The position numbers and the translations under genes are program-made. Under the pieces are notes generated by a model, which was not told the origin of the DNA, made no database searches, and worked only from the letters and a program-made list of their open reading frames with translations. Positions 21,415 to 31,785 of a stretch of 59,984 bases of DNA are shown here, piece after piece. The DNA comes from Tortispora ganteri. Its lineage: Eukaryota. The stretch spans positions 1 to 59,984 of the forward strand of contig PPNB01000036.1 in assembly GCA_003707115.1 (NCBI GenBank), given 5' to 3'. Within the stretch, counting starts at the first letter, position 1; every line of letters begins with the position of its first letter.

Positions 21415-21589
21415 TAATCTAAGTTTAAGTAATAAAATAATCGAATCACCGAACTTTAAGCCGTACACAATTCTTCCATATGCAGACCGACCGCAATGGC
21501 AGTAGCAGTAGCCGTCTAGCTAGAAATCGCTATATATAGTATATCTCATGATCTATCAAAACATCTCAATGCTTACAGTATGGATTATA

Positions 21590-22167
21590 TCATCGTATTG
21601 TCCGTTCCATGAACGACGTAGCAGGCTCCCAGGCCAGCCAATCACTCTTGTGCGTAGGGAGCAGTCCTAGCGCGTCGATCTTCCATATACCAATACCTAT
21701 CTGCACTAATTGCAGTAGCATATATGCAAGTTTTGTCACTAGTATTTTGTCCTGTGTAGCGTCCGTAGAATAACGTGCAAATGTCGCATTGATGCTCGTA
21801 AGTGCTTTTATTGGCGTAAAGAATAACATAAACGTTGTTAAAATACTAAACATTTGCAGTGAATTTCCAGCAAAGTACGCAATAATTGCATTCATAGGTA
21901 TCATTTTTGCATTAGACGTGACAATAGACCATGCTTTGGTCACTTTTAATTCATTTTGTGCCTTTATATCTTTCTGTCCTGGTTCATCCTTATATACGTT
22001 AGTTTCAACAATCAAACAGCTTCTCCTTCGCGTTGCCCCAGTAATAAAACACTTACAATTTTAGTAATATTGTTATCGAAACCAGGCGGATTTTCAATAT
22101 TCGTATCTTTTAACTGCGAGCTAGTAGTCGTGGTTTGTTCGTAATACCATCGCGGTAGTTCAGTCAT
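21590..22167 (-). CDS. EMC4: ER membrane complex subunit Emc4; exons 22167-22057 and 21988-21590
   Basis: Exon 1 NPPGF motif; exon 2 KAWSIV..KMIPMNAIIAYFAGNSLQ, LGLLPTHKSDWLAWE; phase-0 junction is in frame. Confidence 0.9.
21989..22056 (-). other. 68-nt intron in EMC4
   Basis: GTAAGT donor, ACTAAC branch point, AAG acceptor. Confidence 0.8.
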
Positions 22168-22192
22168 GGTTGTGTCGAAGTGAGAGAGCCTG

Positions 22193-23212
22193 CTAGTACG
22201 GTGAAGATCTGACATTGTGTGCCGTCTGGCGACTACTCTTGGCCCCATGTGCATGTAATGCTCTCCAAATCTTTATATTCCCGTCTTCTCCGCCAGTATA
22301 TATCAGTTCTTTATCCTTGAGTACGCTCCTAACAACCTCTTGGCCGTGCGCATCTTGCAGAACTATACGTTGTACAGTGTCCACACCGTCGATGGTGTAC
22401 GGCAATAACGAGAACTCGCTCGTTGTATTACTACCAATACCAATGAATTCTGGAAGTACTGCGCAAACATATTCACAGCCCCATATATCGCGAATATCGC
22501 CGTAAACGTTTTTGTCTGCGACTCCAGGTATTGTCTGCGTTGCGGCCGCTATGGTCGGATCAGTCTCTTCATCGTTGAGTAGTCGATACTCACTGAAAGT
22601 CTCCATTCTGGTCAATGCAAATATCTTCTTACTGTTTCTAAAGCCTGATTGGTGAATCGATCCGCTGACATTGATACTTTGACCAATAACTTCGTCCGGA
22701 TCGGCAATCCTAGGATCGTACACATTTACCAGTCCATCGTCGCCTCCCGAAAGCAGCAAAAACGGATCGGACAAAATGTCCACACTAACAACATCATCTG
22801 AATGTGCATCCATATACCTATTGACAGGGATAGCCAAATTGCGTAGGTCGTACAGCAAAATACCCGCATCATCATCTTTCTGCGCAGTCCCTAAAACTAT
22901 ATCGCTGCGGCCTTCGCGCACCGCGCAGCAGAGATTCTCGTATCCCGTGTCAACAACCCTTTGTATTCCTTTGCTTCGAACGTCTAAAATACCAAAGCCT
23001 TGGCTACCGCATACTAGACCTGTGCAGCTGTCAATGCTCTTGATCTGTTCAACATTGAACTTGAATCTATCAATCATCCGCACACCACCTCGTTCATACA
23101 CACTCACAGTGTCTTCGGAATTACCACTAACAATATAATTGCCTATCTTTGCTATTTCGACGACATAATCGCCTTCATGTATACTTTCTATGCAATTAAG
23201 TGTTGCCCTCAT
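22193..23212 (-). CDS. WD40 protein, WDR89/YNL035C-like
   Basis: YMDAHSDDV, LLLSGGDDGLVNVYD, SIHQSGF, AHGQEVVR, YTGGEDGNIKIW. Confidence 0.8.
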   Translation of the reverse strand: MRATLNCIESIHEGDYVVEIAKIGNYIVSGNSEDTVSVYERGGVRMIDRFKFNVEQIKSIDSCTGLVCGSQGFGILDVRSKGIQRVVDTGYENLCCAVREGRSDIVLGTAQKDDDAGILLYDLRNLAIPVNRYMDAHSDDVVSVDILSDPFLLLSGGDDGLVNVYDPRIADPDEVIGQSINVSGSIHQSGFRNSKKIFALTRMETFSEYRLLNDEETDPTIAAATQTIPGVADKNVYGDIRDIWGCEYVCAVLPEFIGIGSNTTSEFSLLPYTIDGVDTVQRIVLQDAHGQEVVRSVLKDKELIYTGGEDGNIKIWRALHAHGAKSSRQTAHNVRSSPY

Positions 23213-23280
23213 CTAGTGTAAAGAAAAAGATGCCAAGTCTAAGCTACACTCAAACCTTATTCCTAATAATTGAGATTGAT

Positions 23281-24942
23281 TCAGTTGGCTTCCAAAATGG
23301 TTTTATCGTAGGGATCCACTTGAATTACTTTGTCTGTGTTCAAAAGACACTTAGGATCAAGTGCTAGCTTTATCCTCCTCATAGTATTAACCGCTTCTGG
23401 TCCAAGTTCGTGATCCAGATGATGGCGCTTGCCTAATCCAACTCCATGCTCGCCCGTGCATGTACCTCCAAGCGCAATCGCTCGATCAACCATTCGCTCG
23501 ACTGCAGCTGTCGCAATGGCAATCTTTTCAGGTTCGTACACAATAATCGCATGAAAGTTTCCATCTCCGACATGACCTAGAACAGCAGAAAAGAGTCCAG
23601 TATTGTCAAGGTCTTTCCTAGTATCCTTTACAAGTTCGGGTAGCTTACTAATAGGCACCGCAACATCGGTAGTCCACACACGCTTATTAGCACCACCAAA
23701 TGCCTGTACTGCCCATAAAGCGTGTTTTCTGGCGGCCCACAGCTCGTCAACATCTTCTGGAGTCACAGCTAGTTGCACACTTGTGCATCCTTCTGCACGA
23801 GCAATGCGTTCAACTTCCTTTAATTGTTCAGATGCGTCATGAGGCGTGAATCCAGAAAATTTAAAAAGAAGTGTTTGCTCTTCAGGCCAAGTGCGGCTTG
23901 TCTCCCCGCTGTGGTTGACGCATTTCATCGCCACGTCGTCCATGAGCTCCATGGCATTAGGTTTGATTCCAGATTGCACAACTTTAGCAACAGCTTTAGC
24001 AGAGTCTTCTATTGTTTTAAAACTAAAAACGCCTACCGAAACATTATCCGGCTTTGGTGTGAGTTTCACAGTGATCTCCGTTACCAGTCCTAATGTGCCT
24101 TCTGCGCCAATAAACAATCCTGTCAGATTGTACCCGGCAGAAGACTTCATAGGCCGTTGACGGGTCTTTATCACTGTACCATCAGCCAGCACAACCTTCA
24201 AAGAGATAATCCATTCTTTGACTGTGCCAAATCGGAACGCATTCGTGCCTGAACAAGACGTGCCCACCATACCGCCGATTTTCGCTCCAGGGCCTGGGTC
24301 AGGAGGGAAAAACAGTTTGTGTTTAGCCAATTCCTCATTCAGATCTTCCCATCCGACGTTTGGCTGAACGACAGCTTGCATATCTTCATCTAAAATGCTG
24401 ATAATCTTACCCATGTTGTAAAAATCTATTGACACTCCTCCTCTTGTTGGAGTGAAATGGCCTTCAAGAGAGGTACCCCCGCCAAATGCAACAACAGGTA
24501 CAGAATAATTATAGCAGATGGACATAATTTTACTGACCTCTTCGGTGGTTGACGGATACACTACTAATTGCGGTCGTTGATCAGGCCTGGCTTGATGCGT
24601 AGAAAAGCTGGAGGTGGAGTGCATCTCGAGAGTATCTGAGTCATTCGCTACGCGGTCTTGTCCAAGCAATGTGGTAATTTCGCCAAACGCCTTCTCAAAG
24701 TCAGCTTCACTACCGAATTCTATAGCTTTCAAGTCCTTTAAAGGTGTGGTCGATTTCGAATCGACCTCCTTCGAAGAAATAGAACTCCACCACATTCCTA
24801 ATGACAAGCCAGAGATACCGCAAAGACTACCAATAAGTGCAGTAGACAATTTTGGACTACTATTGACAGAGTAAAACCGCCTGCGAATAGGAACTTTATT
24901 CAGAGAGGATCTCACTCCACGAATCGAAACTGTTCTAAGCAT
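23281..24942 (-). CDS. DLD1: Mitochondrial D-lactate dehydrogenase (FAD-binding)
   Basis: Presequence plus TM, GGTSLEGHF, PPDPGPGA, KSSAGYNLTGLFIGAEGTLG, GHVGDGNFH, TCTGEHGVG. Confidence 0.92.
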   Translation of the reverse strand: MLRTVSIRGVRSSLNKVPIRRRFYSVNSSPKLSTALIGSLCGISGLSLGMWWSSISSKEVDSKSTTPLKDLKAIEFGSEADFEKAFGEITTLLGQDRVANDSDTLEMHSTSSFSTHQARPDQRPQLVVYPSTTEEVSKIMSICYNYSVPVVAFGGGTSLEGHFTPTRGGVSIDFYNMGKIISILDEDMQAVVQPNVGWEDLNEELAKHKLFFPPDPGPGAKIGGMVGTSCSGTNAFRFGTVKEWIISLKVVLADGTVIKTRQRPMKSSAGYNLTGLFIGAEGTLGLVTEITVKLTPKPDNVSVGVFSFKTIEDSAKAVAKVVQSGIKPNAMELMDDVAMKCVNHSGETSRTWPEEQTLLFKFSGFTPHDASEQLKEVERIARAEGCTSVQLAVTPEDVDELWAARKHALWAVQAFGGANKRVWTTDVAVPISKLPELVKDTRKDLDNTGLFSAVLGHVGDGNFHAIIVYEPEKIAIATAAVERMVDRAIALGGTCTGEHGVGLGKRHHLDHELGPEAVNTMRRIKLALDPKCLLNTDKVIQVDPYDKTILEAN

Positions 24943-25484
24943 CGGTCTCTTCTTTCTCGCATATAAGTAAATCAAACAACGCCAATTAAATAAGTATTAA
25001 ACAAATACGCTGATATTGTCAAATTTACACCCTAACGGAAAATTCAATTTCTGTTAAGAAGAAATTCTTCCGCAAACTATGAAAGAAACAGTGGTGAGAG
25101 GAAAACCGGTACAATTTAGGAAGAGCGGTTGGTGTAACATTAGAGTTTGTACGTAACATTCTGCAATAGACTATACGACTTTATCAATAGAGACACCGTT
25201 ATACAATAGCAATAGTAATAGTAATTATATATGTATTATATTTAGTACTTTTGCTGGCAATGTGTCGCTTTTATTATCTGCGTTCTAGCTGCCGATCCAA
25301 AGATAATTTAAATAGCTATCGGTTTTATAGCTGTAACTTTATTAAAGTTTGGCGATTTTGTCCGATGTCCGGGGTAACAATACGCTAATATTTGTGCTAT
25401 TATTTCCCGAACGAGTTCGCTTTTATCTTCTTCAAAGATTATTTAGTTTATTTCACTTCGACAACCGCAAATTCTATAGCTACA

Positions 25485-26243
25485 ATGCTTTGGACCACAG
25501 CAAGACGCTCTTTATCGCAAAGACTAACCACTTCTATACGCTTGTTATCCGCTAATGGTGCGCTACTTAAACGCCCCGGTGCAAGATTCGCTTCCACTGC
25601 TCCGACTCCAAAGGGCAGTGATATTCCTTGGATGATCACGGGTGCAGTAATCCTTGCCGGAGGACTATACATATCTGGTGGCGGTTCGTCGGCTTCTCAT
25701 GTTGTTCATGAGGCTGCCCATGCCGTTGAAGAAGTTGCCGATAATGCCGCAGAGAAAGCAGAAGTGCTGACCGACAATGCAAAGGCAGCTTCGGAATCGG
25801 CTAAAGAGTCTTTAGAGTCTTCGGAGCTCGTCCAATCGTCCAAGGAACAAATTGAAGGGCTCATCGAAGCTGGCAAGAACGACGCTGAAGAGTACGCTCA
25901 AAAAGGCAAGGAACTCATCTCGGAAATACTGGAAACATCTAAGGAGGAAGCCGAAGAAACTGCTGAGTCAGGTAAGGAAAAATTTGAATCGACTGTACAA
26001 AAGGCTAAAGACTCGGCTAATAATGCTGTCGAGTCTGTCACTGACAAGTTCGAACAACAGAAAGACTCGGGTGAAGCCGTAGTTGAAGAGGCCAAAGAAT
26101 CTGTCCACGCTACAATGCAGTCTGTTGAAGAATCTGCCTCAGAAGTCGCTGCCAAAATTTCTGAAAAATTAGAGCCTGTTAAGGAAGCCGTTGAAGAAAA
26201 TCTCGAGAAAGTAGACGAGCTTATCGGTGAAGAATCTAAATAA
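25485..26243 (+). CDS. Mitochondrial single-TM protein with acidic LEA-like helical repeats
   Basis: R-rich presequence ending RFAST, SDIPW plus TM segment, E/K/A-rich amphipathic tail. Confidence 0.7.
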   Translation: MLWTTARRSLSQRLTTSIRLLSANGALLKRPGARFASTAPTPKGSDIPWMITGAVILAGGLYISGGGSSASHVVHEAAHAVEEVADNAAEKAEVLTDNAKAASESAKESLESSELVQSSKEQIEGLIEAGKNDAEEYAQKGKELISEILETSKEEAEETAESGKEKFESTVQKAKDSANNAVESVTDKFEQQKDSGEAVVEEAKESVHATMQSVEESASEVAAKISEKLEPVKEAVEENLEKVDELIGEESK

Positions 26244-26390
26244 ACACGTCTATAATGTCTCTCTGACCGTCTTTGCCATCTTTGTTCGTTATAAACAATC
26301 AAGAAAGGCACAGTAAAAATCATATTTATATCGATAAAATTCATTAACAGAACTCTAAGTTGACGTATCAGCCAGCAACCTCTAAAAACT

Positions 26391-29300
26391 TCACATGGAG
26401 TCCTTTAACAAATTCTGCATGTCCACTAAAGAAAACTTAGCTGTTCCTCCGTCACCTATTCCTCCTTCGCCCATTTCTCTAACCATGGAATTCTTCTTTT
26501 CCTGAATAGTGAGTACTCTGTCCTCAATGGTATCATTGGCAATGAACCTGGTCACATGAACACTACTTGCTGTCTGGCCCATGCGGTAGACACGATCAAT
26601 CGCTTGCTCTTCAATCGCATACGCCCACCAAGGGTCCATCATGTATACTCGATTAGCGCACGTCAGATTTAACCCTACTCCTCCAGCTTTCAGCGAGACA
26701 AGTAAAATTTTCGGACAAAAAGGTCTGCAAGGCAGAAAAAAGTTCTCCTTCGCGGTAGTACGTTGCTTTTCTGAGCAACTGCCGTCAATGCGGCAAATAT
26801 CAAATCCTTCTCTTACAAGAGCAAACTGTAGCAAGTCTAAATAAGATGTGAACTGTGAGAATACTACTGACTTGGATTCCGGCTCAGCCACTCTCACATC
26901 GTTCAAGCAATTTATCAAAGCATGAATCTTAGCCGATCTATATCGTCCTGGAAGAAACATTCCCACCGCAAGCCTAAGCTGTCCCTCTGCATTTCTTTTC
27001 CCATCGCAACATACTTTTAATAAATGGTTTTTTTGAACGGGTTGCCGACATGTCAAACAATTCGTAGTGCCATCTATAGCTTCATTATTATTGGACTGCT
27101 CAAACATATCGATAACGCAGCTTTGACAAACAACATGAAAACAAGGCTGGAAATATATAGCACTTTCAGGAGTAAGTGTCTCAGCACATACAGGACATTC
27201 TTCTTTAGACAGGTTAAGTACAAACTCGTTAACCCTGTTATACACAGCTGAAATATCTTCATGTTGAATGACTCCATCCATAGCTTGGTGGCTTAAGAAC
27301 ACTTCTAACGGTATAGACTTGTTCTCGACTTCTAATTCATTCCGTAATATAGAAACAGCATCAACAGGAGACGATATATCATCGATTGTGTTCATAATGT
27401 CATTGTCCTTATGAGTTAAAATACCTCCATTGTTGTCCACAAGGTATGGGTGTAAACACGCTTGGCGAAGACGAAGAATCTTAGAAAATAGGCTGCCAAA
27501 AGCCTTAATATTCCTTTCCTCTTTAGATTCGTCTAGTATATCCGCTCTAATAGTGTTGCGAATCAAGTCATAGATTTTACGCTCGTCTTTTGATAAATTC
27601 ACTCGGTGTACAGTTATCACACGAGGAGGCAGCTTAATTAAAGGCTCGCCGTTTTCATCTTTCATTTTCTTTGTTCGCCTTAACATAAGCGTAGTAGATA
27701 AATGCTTTATTATTTGATACACCTGTGCCGAATCACCTCGGGCAAAAGGTGTGGTTATATGTTTCTTCCATACGGCATGTTGGGCCCAGGGAAAATAACA
27801 AAGAAATCGGATTTGTGAATAGAGATCCTCTAGTGAGTTAATAATTGGTGTTCCGGTAACACTCCAACGCCTGGTAGCTTTCAGATCGCAACAAGCCTTA
27901 GCTGTGATTGTATTGTGTGATTTGATAGTATGGCCTTCGTCGAGAATTACACGGAAAAAGCATATATCAAATAGTTCACGAGCAGTAGCAGACTTTGCAG
28001 ATTTCCTGTATTGAGACTGCACAACAGAATATGTAGTAATGAGGATATTAGGAATCTGGTCAGGAGCTTCCAGATTGCAGAGAAGCTCGGCAAGGCTCTT
28101 TTCCCTGCCTGATGCATAATAAACGTGAACTCGAAGAAAGGGACAAGCGCGTTGCGCTTCTACTTCCCATTGTCTGAAAACAGAGGTAGGTGCGACCACT
28201 AGAGTCGTGTGAGGAGCAAACTTGAGTTTAGCACCGAGTTTTTCTTGAAGAAGTTCCATAGACTTTTCTGAATGACCAGGCACATATCGAGAGCTAGAGA
28301 TCAATGCTAACATACTTATAGTTTTCCCAAGGCCCATGTCATCAGCCATTATACCACCAGATGTGAAATTGTTGACATATTCGCCTTCAGTGCGAACTTC
28401 ATTTGTATGTATATCCCGGAAAAGCTCAGTGCCTGCTATAATAATTTTCTGCAAGTTGGGTACAAGATCACGCTGTAGATTGTCTTGAAGCCTTTCTCGT
28501 TCCATAAGCCAGTACAATCCCTGTCTTTGATAACGATGCAGCTCAACTCTAAAGCTGTCAGGCACATTGCCTTCTGGTAAATGGCCTTCCAACTCTTGTG
28601 CTCCTGTGTATATGGTGGTAAGTTTATCCATGTCGAAGTCTTTTAATGTCTCTTTAGACTCAAGTATGCTGGAGTTTTTAACGCTAGAGCTTGCTTCAAT
28701 AGTTGTTTCTAGCTTCCTAGCCTCTTCGCGTTTAGAATACCAGTAATGTCCCTTGCGGGTCAAGACATTTTGATTTAACTCATTAGTTTTTTGTTCATAG
28801 ATATAGAAGCGTTCTTCATGTTCCTGTTGCTCAAGATGCACAGCTTTAATTTTCTTGAGTTCAGGTTTGGCGTAAACTGAGAGGGTCAAGTTTGTGTAAT
28901 CTCCAACTCTGTACTTAATATTTGGTCCATGGTTAGTCAGTTTATATCCATATCCAGGTTCCATATATTCTAAAACATCATAGTAACTGTTTGGGGATAG
29001 AGTGCCAACATCGTAACGTTTATGATTGTGGATTTTTTCTCCTATAAAATAGCACAAACTGTCTTCAGGTAAATGCTTTCCGGATCTGGTGATTTCCATT
29101 TTAACAAGAATATTTTTCACGAAGACCCATACGCAGTTATGCATGATGCTCAGTGTAGATTCGTCATAGCTTTCCTTCGGTAAGAATGATATAACCGTTT
29201 TATCCTCCGTTCCTTCAGGAACACCATCTTGCTTCTCATCTTTAGTCCCAATATCCTGTTTCTTCTGCAGGTTTATTCTGTCCACTAGGTATCGAGCATT

Positions 29301-29846
29301 AGATTGGTACTGTAGGATATCAGCCAAATGCTTGTGGTAAATGTACTCTTTTGCGACCTTGCACACAACTGAGAATGAAGGTTTAGAAGTCAGGTCTCGT
29401 GAAGCAGGTATATTAATAAGCTCTCGTATATCATCGACTGATCGCATAATGTTTATCACGTCGACAATATATCTACTGATTTCGGCAAAAGAATAGTCTG
29501 AAGTATCCAAAGCTCTCGGCTCATTTGGAGGCGTTACTTCGTAATGAACATACTCAGTGAAAAACTGGATAAAGTGGCGCAATGAGTATACGGGTTCGGG
29601 GGTATGGGATTCAGAAAATAATCTCTCGACATGAGAAAATAGCATTTCATCGCAGCCGTACGTCGAGCAAATCGGTTTAAGGTAGAAAGCAAGAATAAGG
29701 CCAGTTGCATTCTCATGATTCCTGTAGTCAAAGTCTAGTACATTGGCTAAACTAGGGTGGAATTCTTCCTTATGAGAGATAGATCTGGTCAAGTCAACTT
29801 CACATGGAATGAATAACTGTTCCGGATGTACTTTAATTCGTTGCAT
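26391..29846 (-). CDS. Rad5-family SNF2 translocase / RING ubiquitin ligase
   Basis: GGIMADDMGLGKT, RVILDEGH, TGTPIINSLEDLYS, RING CPVC..CFH..C..C..CLTCR, SLKAGGVGLNLT, QAIDRVYRMGQ. Confidence 0.85.
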   Translation of the reverse strand: MQRIKVHPEQLFIPCEVDLTRSISHKEEFHPSLANVLDFDYRNHENATGLILAFYLKPICSTYGCDEMLFSHVERLFSESHTPEPVYSLRHFIQFFTEYVHYEVTPPNEPRALDTSDYSFAEISRYIVDVINIMRSVDDIRELINIPASRDLTSKPSFSVVCKVAKEYIYHKHLADILQYQSNARYLVDRINLQKKQDIGTKDEKQDGVPEGTEDKTVISFLPKESYDESTLSIMHNCVWVFVKNILVKMEITRSGKHLPEDSLCYFIGEKIHNHKRYDVGTLSPNSYYDVLEYMEPGYGYKLTNHGPNIKYRVGDYTNLTLSVYAKPELKKIKAVHLEQQEHEERFYIYEQKTNELNQNVLTRKGHYWYSKREEARKLETTIEASSSVKNSSILESKETLKDFDMDKLTTIYTGAQELEGHLPEGNVPDSFRVELHRYQRQGLYWLMERERLQDNLQRDLVPNLQKIIIAGTELFRDIHTNEVRTEGEYVNNFTSGGIMADDMGLGKTISMLALISSSRYVPGHSEKSMELLQEKLGAKLKFAPHTTLVVAPTSVFRQWEVEAQRACPFLRVHVYYASGREKSLAELLCNLEAPDQIPNILITTYSVVQSQYRKSAKSATARELFDICFFRVILDEGHTIKSHNTITAKACCDLKATRRWSVTGTPIINSLEDLYSQIRFLCYFPWAQHAVWKKHITTPFARGDSAQVYQIIKHLSTTLMLRRTKKMKDENGEPLIKLPPRVITVHRVNLSKDERKIYDLIRNTIRADILDESKEERNIKAFGSLFSKILRLRQACLHPYLVDNNGGILTHKDNDIMNTIDDISSPVDAVSILRNELEVENKSIPLEVFLSHQAMDGVIQHEDISAVYNRVNEFVLNLSKEECPVCAETLTPESAIYFQPCFHVVCQSCVIDMFEQSNNNEAIDGTTNCLTCRQPVQKNHLLKVCCDGKRNAEGQLRLAVGMFLPGRYRSAKIHALINCLNDVRVAEPESKSVVFSQFTSYLDLLQFALVREGFDICRIDGSCSEKQRTTAKENFFLPCRPFCPKILLVSLKAGGVGLNLTCANRVYMMDPWWAYAIEEQAIDRVYRMGQTASSVHVTRFIANDTIEDRVLTIQEKKNSMVREMGEGGIGDGGTAKFSLVDMQNLLKDSM

Positions 29847-29855
29847 TCTTCCCGG

Positions 29856-29895
29856 TCGCGTCGCGTAACCTTCAAATGTTCGTCGCTTGTCGCGT
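29856..29895 (-). promoter_or_regulatory. Three ACGCGA (MCB-like) elements directly upstream of the RAD5-like gene
   Basis: tcgcgt at 29856, 29861 and 29890. Confidence 0.5.
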
Positions 29896-30269
29896 TAACG
29901 TAAATCAAGACTGTTGTGTGACAAATAGTTTTTTTTACCAAATGATTATAATTTGTACTTGTATATGCTTCGATATAAGAAAAACACAAAATTTCTATAT
30001 CTCTTGTGAGTGCTTTTAAGATGCATTCGAACAACTGAATCAATATCGAAGTTTAAGTCGCTGTTTTTAGTAGAAACAACTTTACAAAGGTGTGTGGTTA
30101 TGCGATATATCAACGAGAAGAAGAAAAATGTATAAAAACTTAGAGTATTAGCAAATAATTCCTTAAATACCTCATGTTTATGGTATATGTAGCTTCTATA
30201 ATAGCAAATAGTCGTTAATAGGCATCTCACGTAGGTCGCATAGCTAGTAATACATATATGACGTTGTAA

Positions 30270-31364
30270 TTATCTCCACATGGCAGAAACTACCGAGTCC
30301 GCACCAACTAATCTAAGAGCCTCATTAATGTACTCGTCCGAAGCAAACATCAAGGCCAGCTTGAATCGGGTCACTTTAGGTAAGTTAGTCATTAGCTCAG
30401 TAGCCTTCTGACTGGCGTTTTCTAGATTGAGGCTTAATACATGGTTGATGCTTTCCAATACCATATCTAAAGTCTCTGATTCAATTCCACCCATGTGAAA
30501 TAACTTCTGTAACCCTTTCAGTGATGAAGGAAGGTTATTGAAGATGAATATGAGGGCATGCGACCGCTGTTTTCCGGAGATTCGAGACAGGCTATGCAGG
30601 ACATATGGGCTGAGTGCTGTACCGGCAAGGCTCGAAATAGAGGTGTTGTTGTGTAAATTATGCATATTCATCGAACTAGCTGTGCCAGCGGCTGCAGATC
30701 TTTTATAATCAGGAATCCCTGCAGAAGGAGCTGGGGTAGTGCCAGTGCGTTCTGCGGTCAAATCTGTTGTGGCCTCGATCGTTGAAACTAACGGGGATAG
30801 TCCCAGGCTTTTAGGAGAACCATAACCAGCATTTTTTTGTTGACCTGACACCCAATGCTCAGGTTTACAAGTCAATGTTGCAAAATAAGAATCTATTTCA
30901 TCCAGAGGAGGGATCGATGACACTTCATTGACAGGAATAGGCCGCGGTCTTTCATGTGTATCATTAGCAGCGGCCGATTCACGCGCAATAGCTCTTTCCA
31001 ATCCAATCAGGGCCAGTCTAGTCGCTTTATCGTCGGTTATGGAAAGACTTTTTTGAAAATCAGATAAAGCGGCGCTATAATCGCCCAGCTCTTTGTTCGC
31101 TAGTCCTCGTCTGAAGAGCAATTTACCTGCCAGAGGTATATCATCGATCAGCATACTTAGGCCATCAGAGGCATTCTGCTTAGCTAATCTCCAATTACTC
31201 AATTTGATATTACATTGACTAATGTTCGAGTATATAGTTGCCTTCTCGATGTTTGTTCGGGCAGCAATCAATGCCCGCCCATACAATTCATTAGCCGATG
31301 CATACTCAGAGTTTCGATACGCGCTATTTCCTCGATCTTTCAATACACCATAATCAACGCTCAT
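30270..31364 (-). CDS. TPR co-chaperone with RPAP3_C-like domain
   Basis: Carboxylate-clamp TPR (LKDRGNSAY, YSNISQC, KLLFRRG); C-terminal KLF..LPKVTRFKLALMF resembles RPAP3_C. Confidence 0.7.
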   Translation of the reverse strand: MSVDYGVLKDRGNSAYRNSEYASANELYGRALIAARTNIEKATIYSNISQCNIKLSNWRLAKQNASDGLSMLIDDIPLAGKLLFRRGLANKELGDYSAALSDFQKSLSITDDKATRLALIGLERAIARESAAANDTHERPRPIPVNEVSSIPPLDEIDSYFATLTCKPEHWVSGQQKNAGYGSPKSLGLSPLVSTIEATTDLTAERTGTTPAPSAGIPDYKRSAAAGTASSMNMHNLHNNTSISSLAGTALSPYVLHSLSRISGKQRSHALIFIFNNLPSSLKGLQKLFHMGGIESETLDMVLESINHVLSLNLENASQKATELMTNLPKVTRFKLALMFASDEYINEALRLVGADSVVSAMWR

Positions 31365-31654
31365 AGTTATCGTCTACTAGAGAAAGCGATTACAATTAAT
31401 GAAGATATCTTGAAAGTATCACACCGCGCTCCAAGTCAAGGACGCCGAGATCGTGAAAACTCAAAGTAGACGGAAAGTATAACCTAGAATAGGAATAGAA
31501 CACTATCTACTGCTTCCCGCCGCAACTACTACATGTCACACCGTGTAAAGCTTTACAGAGATAATAAACAGAGACAAATCAGACTGATACTCTTTTAATA
31601 TAGTGGCATATACTTCATAATAAGTTCATGCCTGCAACATAAACAAGAAATGAT

Positions 31655-31665
31655 AAAAAAAAAAA
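31655..31665 (-). terminator. Pol III terminator (T11) of the 5S gene
   Basis: 11 A on the plus strand immediately after the 5S 3' end. Confidence 0.9.
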
Positions 31666-31785
31666 GGATTGCAGCACCTACGATTCCACTGTGGTCTCCC
31701 ACCAGAGTACTAAGCAGGCTCTCAGCAGCTTAACTACAGTTGATCGGACGGGGAACGGTGTTTTCTGCTGGATATGGCCGCAACC
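31666..31785 (-). rRNA. RDN5: 5S rRNA gene (dispersed copy)
   Basis: Minus strand GGTTGCGGCCATATC...CCGTCCGATCAACTGTAGTTAAGC...AGTACT...GGTGCTGCAATCC, 120 nt, with intact helix I. Confidence 0.97.
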
